Assembly (NCBI GenBank): GCA_963693365.1
Contig: CAVNZM010000009.1
Span: forward strand, 5,214,245 to 5,278,244
Source: Amoebidium appalachense
Lineage: Eukaryota > Protista > Ichthyosporea
Direction: 5' to 3'
Length of the DNA: 64,000 nt
The notes beneath the pieces were generated by a model that had not been told where the DNA came from, did not search any database, and was given only the letters and a program-made list of their open reading frames with translations. Within the stretch, counting starts at the first letter, position 1. The number at the start of each line of letters is the position of its first letter. The position numbers were made by a program, and so were the translations under genes. Below are positions 1 through 30,355 of the stretch, piece by piece.

Positions 1-314
1 CCAGGTGAGCACAAACCCCGGCTCTTTGGTTTTGTAGAGATGACAGGTTGGGTGTTTCCGACTATAAAACAATATCATGACTAAAAAAAATATAATGACT
101 TTGAAATAAGCTTGTACACGCAGCCCGCTCTCTCCCAACGGGCTCCCAAAGGACTGACCTCTGTTTTTTTTTTTTTTTGGCTTCGTGAGGCTTTGGGTTT
201 TGTCTTTTGATGTCTCCTCCATATTACCAACCTGTTATGATTTTTGTGACGTTCTGTAGTCTGTCTTCTGATGTCTCCTAAGCATATTACCAACCCTATA
301 ATGCAAACATCCAG

Positions 315-350
<36 letters not shown>

Positions 351-466
351 TTCCCCTCCCCGCCCCCCGCCTTCGCCGTTTCATATATCTTGTGAGTATT
401 CTTGTTATCTGGTGTGCTACTGGCCGAAACCTTATTACTTCCCAGATTCGGTCTTTTTCTCTTTGT

Positions 467-509
<43 letters not shown>

Positions 510-722
510 CCCCCTTTTTTTTTTTTCAAAAAAACAAACAAACCAATTTGGGCCTTTCCCCCTGTTCGTCCTGCCAAGGCAGATGTTTGCGGGACTTGCT
601 ATAGTCATTCGCTCTGCAGAATAGAGCTACAGAATAGACTAGCTAGTTCGAAAACAATATTTTATATTTTTACACCCGCTCTTCACACCTCACTCACACA
701 CCACGTTTTTTTTTCTCTCCAG

Positions 723-16591
<15,869 letters not shown>

Positions 16592-16612
16592 GGACAGCGA
16601 CCCCCCCCCCCC

Positions 16613-16643
<31 letters not shown>

Positions 16644-17427
16644 GTACACACGCACACACACACACACATTTTTCCTCGGCAATTCCCTGTGCTAAGGTGG
16701 TTGTGTGCTTACTTTCATTCCCTCCGTTCCTGGTTTACATGGGGGCGGGTTTTCGGCGCAATGTTTAGGACAATCCTGCTGTCCTTTTTTGAAACTGAGG
16801 TGGAGTTGTTTGTTGTGTAACTAAATTGCCCGAGGCTCAAAAACGTTTTTTTATTCAAGGTAGGAGTTGAATCTACTTGTGCGTTGCCGAGGGCTCGGGC
16901 AGGCTATAGGATGTTGTATCATTACTTTTCGTGATATAATTGATTGTACCTTATTCGGATGCATTAGTAAGCGTGCAACCACATCGTTAATGCCATGGCA
17001 GGGTTAGCTTTAACATCACCTGCAGAAGACTGGGTTACGTTTGGCTTTTTGCAGTTTTGTGTTTTCCAGTTTTCCTCACTCTTATGTTTTAAAGTGATTG
17101 ATGCCATTCGATGCTGATATGTTTAAAATTGCGACGTAAGTTAGGAATCCGATACAGTTCGGTACTGGATACACGAAAGTTCTTGTGTGTTTACGAACCA
17201 CCCTGTGACGTGTGTCTTGGGAGAAAAAAAAATGTATCAATTGCTATCGGTTGCTTTCTGTACCGCCGGGACGTATTCATGATAGTTAGCGAATAGCACG
17301 TATCTGTGTCAAGAAGCTGCACATAGCCTTTTTTTTACACCGGATATGTAACGAAAAGAAAAGGTTCTGAAGAATGTTGTGATAGGGAGGAAGGCATGAG
17401 AGCTTCAAGAAAGGCAAGGCAGGATCG

Positions 17428-17463
<36 letters not shown>

Positions 17464-18945
17464 ATATTACATGAGCCTATGTAACTTTAAAAGTTTTGAT
17501 GTTGGCCTGGTGTAAAAGTAATTATTGCGCAGCGTCCATGAATTTCTGAATAAACGAAGATTTAAAGAACTGGAGCCCGTCAACCCCGGCCCCCCCCTCC
17601 CCCCTCCTCCCCCCCCCACACACACACCAATTTTATTAAAAAAAAAGGGGGGGGGGGGGATAAAAAGGCAACACACACCCACACACCACCACCACCACCA
17701 AACCCCCCCAACACCCCAACACCCCCAAGCTGCTTTTCACCCATTCACCAGGGTTCGGGATGTTATTAAGAGGCATGGCCCGGGTGTTGGATGGATATGC
17801 ATGCACAGTGGACGTCTAGATCTGGACCAAAAGGGAAAAATGTGATGTTTTTTTTTTTGTTTTTGTTTTTACGGTTGGCTAGCTAGTAGGCAAGTACACA
17901 TCAACAATTTTTGTAAGACAGCCACACTATGAAATTTTTTTTATTTATAAAACAACCAAAAAGGTAGGAATATTTCTATACAACAACCATGGAAAAAGTA
18001 GGAACATTGTGAATGGTTACCTATGCATAATAGCTTGAAATTTTTCTCTCTGAACATTTAGTTGAGTTACAGCTAGATAAGGTATCTCAATGAATCTATG
18101 CATATACCATTTATTTGGAAGGCCAAAGAAAGGGGCAAAAAAACAAAAAACAAAAAAACAAAAAACAAAAACGGCTTACATAGCTGTTCCTCCCATTTCT
18201 AGCGCGTACTACTATGCAACATTCAACTTGTATCCACATTGCCCCACATAACCCTACAGACGAAAGGGTATCATATCACTAAATCTGTGCATGACATTAG
18301 TACATGCTTAAAAGGCCCTTGAAGGCACTTGCACTAATTTCGCAATTGGTCAGCTAACCCCCCCCCCCCCCCCCCCTCCCCCCCCGTACCGGTACGCCTA
18401 CGTTTTATTTTGTGTTTGAGAGAAGACGCCACATGACATCCCAAGTTTCATTAGCAACACACCAGAGGCCTAGGGCTACTAATATTAGATACAGGTGGCT
18501 TTTCAACTAAGCCTTCAGGCTATCGAGCGTCGAATGTACTAAAATAAAGAAACAAACCAAATGCGGATGATTGCAAGGAAAGAAGGACCCAATGAAAAAA
18601 ACTATAAATTAGCAGTCAAAGCATACAAACCGATTCTTCTGCACCAGTCCTCCGTTGGAACAACAAATCCAGTGAGTGGAATTAAGGGATGGGACAATCA
18701 GTCTGCCTCGGTGGCCACAAATCCTTAAAAGGGATTGTTTTAGAATAAAATAGTGGAGCAAAAAAAAAAAAAAGAATAAAAAAACACTTATTAAAAAGCC
18801 ACTAGCTGTTTATGACCGTCAGCGTTGGGATAAATCATTCGTTCATAGGCCTTGGGCTCCCATGGTCAAGCGGTATTGCCCTGCGGAAAAAACGGGCCAA
18901 GATTTGTCAGTGGCCAACGGCTACCCTGTAATCGTGGTGTGTGAC

Positions 18946-19006
<61 letters not shown>

Positions 19007-19287
19007 GCGAGCGCGCACCCACGTGCGCACGTCGCACATGCGCGAGTATGCGTGTGCGTGCCCGCGTGTGTGTTTTTGTGAGCGCCTGTGTGTGCTGTGT
19101 AGTTTCTATGTCAGTAATGTTTTGCGGGTGCTTGTGTGTGTGGGAAAGTGTGCATGTGTATATGTGCACGGCGTGTTTTGCAGGTAATCACGTGTTTGTT
19201 GGCTGTGTGTGTTGACCATACGTGTTTGTGTGTGCGGTGGACAGGCGGGGGGGGGGGGGGGGGGGGGGAGGGAAGACAGAAAAAGAG

Positions 19288-19327
<40 letters not shown>

Positions 19328-19787
19328 TCCGGAGGGGGGGAGGGGGGGAGAAGGTGGCAAGAGGGATAAGAGAGGGGGGGGGGGGAGGGGAGGGGAGTGG
19401 AAGCTGGGTAATAATCTTAGAAAGTCTGGGCATCTACTGAAACACGAAAGACATATACCCTAAGGCTGGGTGAGGTGGGACCGTGGTGAGTGGGCAGGAG
19501 GACCTTGAGGGGGGGGGGGGGAGGGGGGGGGGGGGGGGCGATGCACAGAGGGGAAACATGCAATTTGTAAATTGCCGCATTATAACGTGGCGTAGGGGGG
19601 GGGGGGGGGGGGGGGGGAGAGGGGAAGTAGGTATGTAGACCTGCAGGTGCAGCATTTACACACGACAAGACATTGATTGATCATTGAAATGGGGATTGTT
19701 GTGGTTAACGTCCAAATTCGCGTGTGGATAGGAAAGCCCAGAAGCACTAGGTGAAGGGGTGAAAGAGATGGCGGCAGCGGCGGCGCT

Positions 19788-19820
<33 letters not shown>

Positions 19821-20146
19821 AGGAGGGACGACGCAACCACTCACTTCCAAACACTCAAAACGGGCACGCCTGCTTCAAAGAGCGCACGCAAGTACGTCAC
19901 AAAAAATATATTTGCAGTTTAGTGTGAAACAGATATGCATAAATTTACGAGTTTAACATGTTTACTTATGGCAAGGAGTCTAACTGCAAAGGGTATATAT
20001 GGTAATGAGTGTGACCTAGGTATTGGGAATACACTAAGATACATGGGAGGATCAGTTTTATGAAGACATCACCTACCTGCTTTTTGTAAAACGCTTCCGT
20101 GGATGTTGGACTCCCATCAGAAGCATTGAAAGCTGTCAGAAATAAC

Positions 20147-20198
<52 letters not shown>

Positions 20199-20779
20199 GC
20201 GCGCGCACACGTGTGTGCGTGTGTGTGTGCATGTGTGTGTGTGAGGGGGGGGGGAGGGGGGGGGGGGGATAAGTTAGTGTTTTTCACGGTTAGGTTGTGG
20301 GTCGCCCAGGGGCAAGTCACACCTTTTAAATCTAGGTGCGGCCAAAAAGCCATCTTCCATTATTGGGCAATTGGGTCTGTTTCAGTATGTGCGGGGTACA
20401 TAACACGAGAAAGAATTGCCAGACCTCCTTTTTAATAGTTTATTTTATTTAGTTATTTTTTTTTTTTTGGGGGGGGGGGGGGGGGTTGACGTCCCGGTCC
20501 GTTTTTCTGGTACATAGTGCCACGGGCAGCATTTGTATATTAACCATTTTCCTTTCTCGTTCCCAGTACATGCGTGTGACACCATTCCCCGCCTCTTCCA
20601 CTCTCTCCTCTGTCCTCGTTTTCGTTTCTGTCCTACTAACCCACCAAACAAATGCAAGCAGGATCACCTACACACTCACACATCCACCCACCCACCCACC
20701 AAGGCAACACGCACCAACCCACACACACACAACCCCTCATACACACGCCGGTCAGTTTTAAGGCTCGAATTCATCTTAC

Positions 20780-21569
20780 CTCAGGGTTCGAAATTGAGTT
20801 AAAGGCTTGCAGAAACAAGTCTTTGAGTTCCGAAACGTCGCAGCCCTGCATTGGTCCCTGCTATTCATGTTGTATCTTTAGTCAATCGTTCAGCCTATTT
20901 TTGCATTTGCTCTCTATTCTTGCCACCAAAAACAGGGTGGAATAATGTATGGAAAGAAGAAGCCCTAGGGGAAAGGGTATCTGAAAGCCTTTCAAACCTT
21001 TGAAACCCCCCCCCCCCCCCCCCCCCCCTTCCCCCTCCCCCCCACAAAAAAACAAAGAAAAAAAAACATACACACCCACACCCGCACCCACAGCCACCCA
21101 CCCACCCACAAACCAACAAACACACACGTGCGCGCTCCCCCCCCCCCCCCCCCCCCCCCAACCCCTCCCTCCACCACGGAGACATGAATGTCCCGTCATT
21201 CATCACAGCAATCTTCTACCTGGAGAGAGGAGAAGAGGAAGCGTGAAGGGGGGGGGGGGGGGGGGGGGGGGGGGGCTGTGTGCATGTGCATGTGTGTATA
21301 TGCTGTAAGTCACAAGGGACTTACGCACCTGAGTCGATTGTCGGCTCGGGGGAAATTCGGACTCGCTCCTCCTCCGGGATGGCAGGATGGGATCTAATAT
21401 ATCGACAAAAGATTTATGGATCTGCCTTAGAGTCTGTAGGGCATGTGACCTTATGCGTTAGAAACTGTGGTACGTGGACCCCCAATGGACAAAAACACAC
21501 ACACACACACACACACCCGTGCACACACCCACACACACAGGCACACACACAAACAAGCACATACACAAA

Positions 21570-21635
<66 letters not shown>

Positions 21636-22045
21636 ACAAAAAAGAAAACACCCACACCAACCCCCCCCCCCCCCTCCCATCCCCCCCCCCAAAAAACCCC
21701 CCACCACCACCACACACAAACACAAACAAACACACACAATTACACGCAAGCGCACACCAACACACTTTCAAAGAAACATGTACAATTAAACACACCTGCA
21801 AGTGCATGCAGGCATTTACACCTACACACATCAACAAGCATACACATTACCCACTGATTAGCATGCACAAAGAACACATACCAGCACACGTATACACACC
21901 CCCACAAACACACAGGCACACACACAATTGTAAACACCGGCACATACATACACACCTACCAACACACAGAGGCATATAAACATCCACAAGCAAGACAAAC
22001 AGTACACCTCCGAATACACAGGCCCATCCTCACACCTACACGAAG

Positions 22046-22078
<33 letters not shown>

Positions 22079-23174
22079 CCACCACCACCACACACACAAA
22101 TAATGTTACTAATAGTAGTGGTAGTATGAAGTAGTAATAATAGTAATAATCAATAGCAAAAATGATATTATAGATTCCACAGAACACCGTCCTATTTGTG
22201 CTTGTACTAAATGCATTTGGTGTGCCGGTTCAGAACGGGCTGGTTTGTGAGCGCATGAGTGCACACATGCACATAATCTCCGTTGAAGGTAAAAAAGTGT
22301 GAATGTTTGTGTTTTGTTTGGGCGCCTCTGTGAAAGCCGAATTGTGTAAAAACAGGAAACAGGCACCCTTCATTAAGAAGAAGAGGATCCTCACATGACG
22401 CAACCTGACGATAGAACAATAAAAACACAAAAGCACACAACCTATACAACACAAGTAGCCCCAGACCGTCCGTAATACCGTGGTGGATTCGGCCCTTACA
22501 GTGTATCGAACGAAGCATAAAAAATCACAGTGATGGAGGGACGCTTTTGGTTGTCAGATATAAAAAGAACAAAAACAGAAATCGGTGACAAAGAATGAAT
22601 ACACGTTGCAACCCAACAGTGTCACGACATCCCTCCCCTATATTGCGAGTCAGGATGACAGCCCCCCCGGGCCCCCTCCCCCCCCTCATCCCCCGGGGGG
22701 GGGGGGGAGGGGCTGACGGGCGGGGGGGGGGGGGGGGGGGAGGGGGGGGAAAGGGGGGTGGGGAGGGTGAGGGGGGAGGGGAGCTACATACCTTAAGAGA
22801 TACAGTGTGCTTTCCCTCAATCACTTGGATGGTTAAGGCGATTCGTGTGTGTCTCTCCGGGTCAGTGAGCGATTCGAGATACTTCCGAACACGTGGGATG
22901 TATTGGACAAGCGTGCTCCGCTGTGTGTGTGAATGTGTTGGGTGTGTGTGTGAGGGGGAGGGGGAGAGGGGGGGGGGGAGGGGGGGGGGAGGGGGGAGTG
23001 GGGGAGGGGGAGATGGGGGGGGGGGGGGGGGGGGGGAGTGTGAGTGAATGAGTGTGCGTGTGTGTGTATCAAAGTGAGTGGGTGGTTATTTATAGTGTGT
23101 GTGTGTGTGTGTGCATGTTATGTATGGGTGTGTGTGTTTGTGTTTCTGTGTGTGTGTGTGTTTGTTTGTGTGTT

Positions 23175-23262
<88 letters not shown>

Positions 23263-23744
23263 TGTTATGTGTGCGCACAAGTACGCGTATAAGAGCTGTC
23301 TGTGCACGTGCTTATCCCATATCCGTATATCCGTCAGCTTGTGAGAACCCGTGTGCACTTGCCTGTACGGCCAGGCATGTACATGCACACACGTCTGTGT
23401 GATTGTGTGTTGCATGCATAGGTGTGAGTACACATTGTGCCGGAAACTGCAGGTGTCGAATCAGCCTGAAAGTGCATGTGTATGCCTTTGCATAGGTCAA
23501 ACAACCAATCGGCTTCCCCACATACACTTGGTTAAAAACATCAAACGTTACTCTGTGCACCTAAACACAACCCTCTTCAAAGGTAACAAAAAAAAAAATG
23601 CATGAATCGACATAGAGGGAGTTAGTATGATGAGCTACAGAGTCGAAACATGGGGTCGGAGGGGTCTGCGAAGGAGGGGAGGGGAGGAGGATTAGAGTGC
23701 GTGGAGTACACATCCACGACTCAACACAAAAGCACATGCAGGGT

Positions 23745-23781
<37 letters not shown>

Positions 23782-24812
23782 GGGGGGGAAGGAGGGTTGT
23801 TTGGAATGTACGAAAGCGAGGGTGACTATGGGAGGATGGTCGGGCCGGCGGAAGGGGGATTGATGTGTCTGTGTGTGTGCAAGCGGGGGGATTGGGGGAA
23901 CAGAAAGATCGGCCTACCAGCTCTTCGTATTCTTTAACTTCCGCCGGGGAGCTCTCTCTCTGCAAAACACAACCCACTGAAGTTTAGTTTCCTCACACAC
24001 CAACCCCCCCCCCCCACCCGCCGCCTCCCCCTGCTCTCCCTCCCTCCCCCTCCCCCCTCCCCCCCGCCCCCCCCCCCCCCCCCCCCCCCCCCAAAGGAAT
24101 AGGAAGTAGAGGGGAATGGAAGGGGGGAGTAAGGGGAAGGGGCGTGGAGAAGGGGGAAGGTGGCGGCAGGGGGGGGGGGGGGGGGAGGGTTAAGATTGAG
24201 AGGGCTGGGTGGGAAGGGGGGGGGTGGGGGGTGTTTGAGTAAGAGAGAGAGCGACAGAAAAAAAAGTGGCAAAACGACAGAGAAAGGGAAAAACCCATGC
24301 CCTTTTCCGTTAAAAAACCAGAAAAGAAAAAATGTAAGAACCCTAGACCTGCCACACAGACACCATCACCGGTCACCTGGGCCCTCACACCTTTCAAGAA
24401 ACACAACGTGTTGCTTATTCGAACAGGAAGAGAGGGAGTTTGAATTCCAGCCTATTTGAAGTGTTATAATCCTTTTCCGCCTATTTGAAGATCATTGTCT
24501 GTTAGCAATCGCTCCCCCATTTTCAGTGTTTCTCTACTTCAGGGCTCTAAATTTCTTGGAAAATGTAGGGGGCTGTTATGCATGGTTGGCCGAAGGGGCT
24601 TTATGCGTACATACCTGATTGCCCATCGAGACTCTTCTTTCCATTCCCACGTTGTGGCCATGTTGCACCAGCCCATTTCGCACCATTCCAGCCGTGCCTC
24701 CATGATGCTGAAGTATGTGCTGTTGTGTTGAATAAACAAAAGTGAGTTTCTTGACCTGGGTACTGCAAAACAAGGCTGATATTGACACATTGACCCCCCC
24801 CCCCCCCCCCCC

Positions 24813-24870
<58 letters not shown>

Positions 24871-25797
24871 GTAATAAGTTATGGGCACAAACCCAGTTTT
24901 TAGTTACGCAACCGGTTCAAGTGTGCTTGGTTACCTGTAATCCAGATCTCCAAACTTTTGTGTTAATAATGGTACCACAAGCGAACAACATGTATGTTCA
25001 CAGAAGGCACAAAAATCACGCTTCCTTCCACACTCTCCCCAGTTCGTGCCTTCGAGCTCCCAAATCAAGAGCCCCTACCCCTTCCCGTTCCTGCACTCTC
25101 TTTAACAGCCAGTTTGCCTCCCATCCCTACTTTTCAACACATAAAGATCTTCGATGCAGGAAAAAAAAAATAAAAAAGGTGAAATTAACAGGTTCGCAGA
25201 CAGGATACATATTTGTATGAAACAGGTAAACGGCAAAATGGAAACCACAATAGAGCAGGAAAACCATGCATGGCTAACTAGGCAGAAAGCCCAAGAATAT
25301 TCCCACCATGTTGCTTCCCCTCACCATTTGCGTAGCAGACCACAAATTGAAGCCCATGCTCCCCCCCCCCCCCCCCCCCCACCCCCCTACCCCCCTACCC
25401 CCCTCCCCCTCTCCTCAACCACGATGATCGCCACCATTCAGAGTGAACACATTCCAAGGAGAGGTTTATGTGTGTTTGCGCGCACACGTGTGCGCGTGCG
25501 TGAGAGGTGTGTGTGTGTGTGTGTGTTTGCGCATGTGCAAATGAGTGGTGTGCATCTATGTATCAAAAAGGGGGCAAAGGAGGGGGGATGTGGATTGCTT
25601 CGTACCTTCTCAAGCTGCTGCTGGCTCATGTACAGTCCCCCACAGTGTGAACATTGAAGTGCTTTGCCGAAAACAGGGTTGGCAAAGAACGTGTCCATAC
25701 CACCCTGAAGCACCCCACTGGGTGTGGTAGGGGCGGAGAAAGATAAGTTGAAGTTTGTAAGATCATCATTTTCAATGACTTTTGGCTCGTTGATCAT
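20780..25797 (-). CDS. Multi-exon gene with N-terminal C2H2 zinc finger; 3' end unresolved (probably continues toward 19-20 kb)
   Basis: Phase-consistent exons 25797-25606 (ATG), 24719-24615, 23959-23918, 23560-23528, 22920-22792, 22404-22367, 22035-22008, 21433-21329, 20857-20780. Exons 1+2 join into CSHCGGLYMSQQQLEK|HILQHH (C-x2-C-x3-Y-x5-L-x2-H-x3-H). Further exon candidates near 20130-20077 and 19880-19855. Confidence 0.75.
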
Positions 25798-27095
25798 GTT
25801 GTAAAAAGATGTTTGGGCTTATGTTACCCAAGAACGACGGAAAAGGGAGCGTGCAAAAGACCAGCGCGCATATGGCGTGTCGGCTCTTTGACTACGTCTA
25901 TCATGTTACACGTGTATTAATGCATCTGTCCGCGCACGCCAAGGGAGATCTTGTTTAATTCAATTCTCTTTCACATGTGCCCTACCTAAAAAAAGTGTTC
26001 ATGTTTCACCGGTTTCTCAGTCGCATGACGTCGGATCGACTCTGGCTGTTTTGAAGCAGTGACGTCATCGAGATCTAGTGTTTGCGCCAAATAGTCTCAC
26101 CAAAGCCTTGTGATGACGTAAATATTATCCGCAGATCTACACCTTTCACAAACCTGACACGCTTTGTATTATGCCTAATTTGGGTATGCTCTGTGATTTT
26201 GGCGCCAAATATTTCGCGCTCCTCCGCCCCTCGAGCTCGGCCAACATGCCGGACCCAACTTGCCGCCAAAGTCCAAGTGATCATTATGGATGATTGCCAC
26301 GGACACTGAGGGGACAGCGTGTGTATATGAGCGGAGGAGTATGGAGACGGACATGGTACCTCCTGGCATCTCATGATCGGGAATTTTTCACTCATATCGA
26401 CCGCTATGAGCCATGTAATGATTGATCCTTCACAAGATGTTGTATGTACGGTACCTGTACATACTGGGTGAGCCCATGCCTGTAGGCTTATTGTGGCAGC
26501 CTCACACATGAATTTGGCTGCTGTACATTGAAGTGGCCGGCCTGGAAAAAAAAAGATGCTTAATATTGATTAGTGCTGACGTTCGGTGGCCTCTTCAGGC
26601 CTGCACATGCCTTCCAGTTTCGGCAACATGTAAACGGTTGTTTTGTACGGGTCTAAGGGAGCAGAGTGCACAGAGGTGTCATGTAAAACACGACCAACAC
26701 AATAAAGAGAGGGCAATCGGAGTTGTTCACGACACTTGAAAGATTTCAACAACACTAACTTTTATGTGCTCTCGGGCCTTTTTGTACTGGCCATTTATCA
26801 TCTTATCGCAACTAAAAGAAGAGAACCAATCGGTTCCTTCAGATGATAGAAAAATACATTCCAACAGAGCATACGCATTCCAACTTCCGACACAACTGAA
26901 GCTTAGAAACTCTTACTTAAATAACTTAAGTAAATTATACAACTTGTCAGTATTAATACAAATATATATTTATACACGTCTCTATAAAGGAACTCATCTA
27001 AATACATATACTTCCTAATAGTCGACACTCTTAAAGTGAAGACACATCACGATAAAAACGAATTCCAAACATATCTAATGTGTCCAATCATAACA

Positions 27096-27558
27096 CTAGT
27101 AATGACACGCTCTGCAGTGCCGAGCTTAGGTTTGAACGTTGAAGCGAGACGAGAATATTCTGGAAGGTGCTGTGTGCGTGTGTGCCGTGTTGGAGGGAGG
27201 GCAACAATTTGAAGAAAAGAAAGGACTGTTTGGATATTTTTTTTTCTCTTTGTCTGTATCCTGCCTCCCCCCCCCCCCCCCCCCCCTCTCCCCGCACCCC
27301 CTTTTTCTCTCTCCCCCCCCCCCCCCCCCCCCCCCCCCTTCACTTCTGCCCCCACTCGCGGCCTTTTCCCCTTTCTTCCTCCTCCTCCCCTTACCCTCCT
27401 TCCCTTCCTCCCTCTGCCTTCCCATCTATTCCCCTTTTCTCCTCCTCCCCCCCTTCCCCTCACTCGTTTCGAACTCCCCCTCGCCCATTTTTTTTTGTGT
27501 ATGTATGTGTGTTTGGCTGGCCCCAAATTTACCCATTGTGTGTGTGTGTGTGTGTGTG

Positions 27559-27656
<98 letters not shown>

Positions 27657-27660
27657 TGTT

Positions 27661-27691
<31 letters not shown>

Positions 27692-27738
27692 ACATGTGTG
27701 CGTGTGCGTGTGTGTGTGTGTGTTGTGTGTACAGCAGA
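27096..27738 (-). mobile_element. Non-autonomous Helitron-like element carrying (CA)n and G-rich tracts, copy 1
   Basis: Minus strand reads A|TCTGCTGTACAC ... GCTCGGCACTGCAGAGC (hairpin) GTGTCATTA CTAG|T: 5' TC, 3' hairpin plus CTAG, inserted between A and T with no TSD; similarity to 32860-33398 stops at these termini. Confidence 0.7.
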
Positions 27739-27846
27739 TGGGAAACAAACGTTTTCCAAAAATGTATTTGATTGGGGGGGAGGGGGGGGAGGGGAGGGGA
27801 GGGTTATTTCTCTAGCTCTTTTTTTTTTGGAGTCAGTAACTGCCCT

Positions 27847-27881
<35 letters not shown>

Positions 27882-28086
27882 TGGCTGGGGGGGAGGTGCA
27901 TGTGTGAGAGCTAGGACATTCTTCTGGTCGTGTTTGGACGGACGGTGGTAAGCCCCAAATGAGGGGTGTGATGAAGCTGTTGGGATCTGCTCGTCTTCTC
28001 CAGCAGTGTGTTTGAAATTGAGGGTGATTGATGCTGTGTTTGAAATTCTCATTGATGCATCTAGTTATGGCGAATTACCGCGGCAT

Positions 28087-28530
28087 CATCCTTTGCGGGT
28101 CCCGCCAAATCTGACCACCCGCGAACCAAAGGCTTGGCACGTGATCGGCGACTTATCAGGGTTGAGCCATCACACGATCACCAATATGGTCGGGGCCGTC
28201 GGGCCAAGTTTTTGTCTGACCTCATTTGTCATCCTTTGTGGCTCCCCAAATCTGACCGTCAGCCGCGAATCCCAGCCCCGGCACGTGATCGGCGACTTAA
28301 TATTGAAATATTTCAGTTCGCGCTGGGGAATTGCATGCGCAGAAGCTAAGCGGCAATCGGCTACGCCTGACTTTCCGCGAACCCGGGTGCGGTTGTAGGT
28401 CTGGTAACCAATCACAATCACAGTAACCACTGCAATTACCAATGAAATTACTGCGATGTCATCCTTTGCGGCTCCCGCCAAATCTGACCATCCGCGAACC
28501 AAAGGCCCGGGACGTGATCGGTGACTTATC
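28087..28530 (+). repeat. Three dispersed ~70-bp direct repeats
   Basis: CATCCTTTG.GG..CC..CCAAATCTGACC..CCGCGAA.C......GG.ACGTGATCGG.GACTTA at about 28087, 28230 and 28460. Confidence 0.85.
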
Positions 28531-29870
28531 AGGCATCGGGCCCCCCCCACTACAGCCCCTGGATTGTTGACGACATGGAGGCACTGGCCCTGATGCTGTA
28601 CGGCCATCACCTCGACCCCCAGTGGGTACCCGTGGGCTGCTACAAGCTACCGGAGGAGTACTTCAACTTTGCCCCGCTCTCCTGTGTACACATGTGGCCA
28701 ATGCCCCGGCGCAGGAGCCAGTTGCGGTGCCCGCACCCCCACCTCCGTCTGATAACAACGAGCCTGCAGCCAATGGCGTGATGGGCGGGCCAGAGGACTG
28801 TGAGGTTGAGGAGGGTGACGGTGCTGCCATGGGGGGGGGGCAACCAGGTGGCGCGTGGTGCACCACAGCCGGACCCTGGCGACTACAAGTTCCTGGCGCA
28901 GAAGCAACATGTGGCCATCCCCTTCCTTCCGGTGCTTACCCCTCAGGAGCGCAAGCTATTCAGCACGCTGCTCCTGGGCACCTATAAGGCACATACAAAG
29001 CCCAACGGCCAGCTGTTCGAGGCTTTGGCCCAAGACTTCAACAAGGCTGCCTCTGTGGCTGGGGGAATCTACATGAAGGATGCGGCCTACATCAAGAAGC
29101 ATTTCGACAAGTGGAAGACCTGGCAGACGGCACATGCACAGCGCTCCACACACGAGGGCCTGGCAGATCACCGCAAGCGTATGCGCGAGGAGAGGGCAGA
29201 CGCTGTGCCAGCAACCATACGGCCTGCCCCCCTGCCACCCCTCCCTGTTCCAGACGGTGTCGATGCAGGGGCGCAACGTGAGCGGCCCTTGCCCATGCGT
29301 GTGGGCAAGAAGCATCGCAACATTGGCCCTGAGGGGCCCCTGCAGATGGATTTGCCGGTGCCCCCTCCTATGCAGCCACCCCAGAGAGCCCCCAAGACCT
29401 GCAAGACGTGTGGCCGCCGGGGCAAGGGCTGCCCCGGCTCCAATCGGGCCAAGAGCTGCCCACGTTGGGTTGCAGTCAATCCGGATGCCATGCCACCAGC
29501 ACCCGCGCTTGACATGCAGCAGGGCCATGTGTCGCACATGCCCCCTGCACCCCATCCAGGCCCGCACCACCCACATGGCTGGCCCCCACCGTGGGGCATC
29601 ATGCCGCCTCAGCCCGGCCCTGCCTTCCCCATGCCTGGGCTACTGCCGCAGCACGGTCCCCATCCTTACTTGGGCCATGTGGGCCAGCCCTCGGCTGGTG
29701 GGCAGTTCCCACCCCCTTCTCGTGCATCTGCTGTGCTGGGCCTGGCGCTGCCACCTGCTGGAGAGACGCAGCTGCAATGGCACGATCGAAAGCAAAGTAA
29801 TCGTGGCCGCAAGTCTGCAGGCAGCCAATCAGGATCTCAGAGTAGTCAGAGTAGCCAAACTAGTGTCTGA
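28521..29870 (+). pseudogene. 5'-truncated, frameshifted C-terminal part of a putative DNA-transposon protein (DUF6729-associated type)
   Basis: Intronless, GC-rich coding-like sequence: PHYSPWIVDD...WVPVGCYKLPEEYFNFAPL then YKFLAQKQHVAIPFLPVLTPQERKLF...FN...IYMKDAAYIKKHFDKW and CKTC-x6-CPG-x6-C. Family resemblance is from recollection, not a search. Confidence 0.5.
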
Positions 29871-30268
29871 TATTGGAATGTACACCAATGTAACGGATCT
29901 CATATGTGTTGTAGCGCTTCAAGTTATACCTGTTCTTCGTACAGTCATGTTGGGGGGGGGGGGGGGGGTTAGCTTTCATTCCGAAGTTTACTGTTAAGAA
30001 TTAAAATTTAAAATCTGAGTAATAGTACAGAGCCTTTGCACTTTTCTCTGTTTGTTAGTAATTCTTTGTGATCGAGAGTATGGTGTGTTAGACTATTGGT
30101 GTTAATGTGTCCTGGAAGGTGTATAATGTCTGCTGGCCGCAGTCAGTATTTATTTTTAGGTATGTATGTTTTTAAATGTTGGCCGCTGGCCAATGAATAG
30201 CAAATAATAAACACACGATAAAGTCAACAGTGTGCCAAAAAACTAATCTCCAGCGAGCGCACCCGGTG

Positions 30269-30355
<87 letters not shown>

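Noticed and set aside
26075-26509. 144-aa minus-strand ORF upstream of the zinc-finger gene
   Set aside because: No recognisable motif or convincing splice connection; left uncalled.
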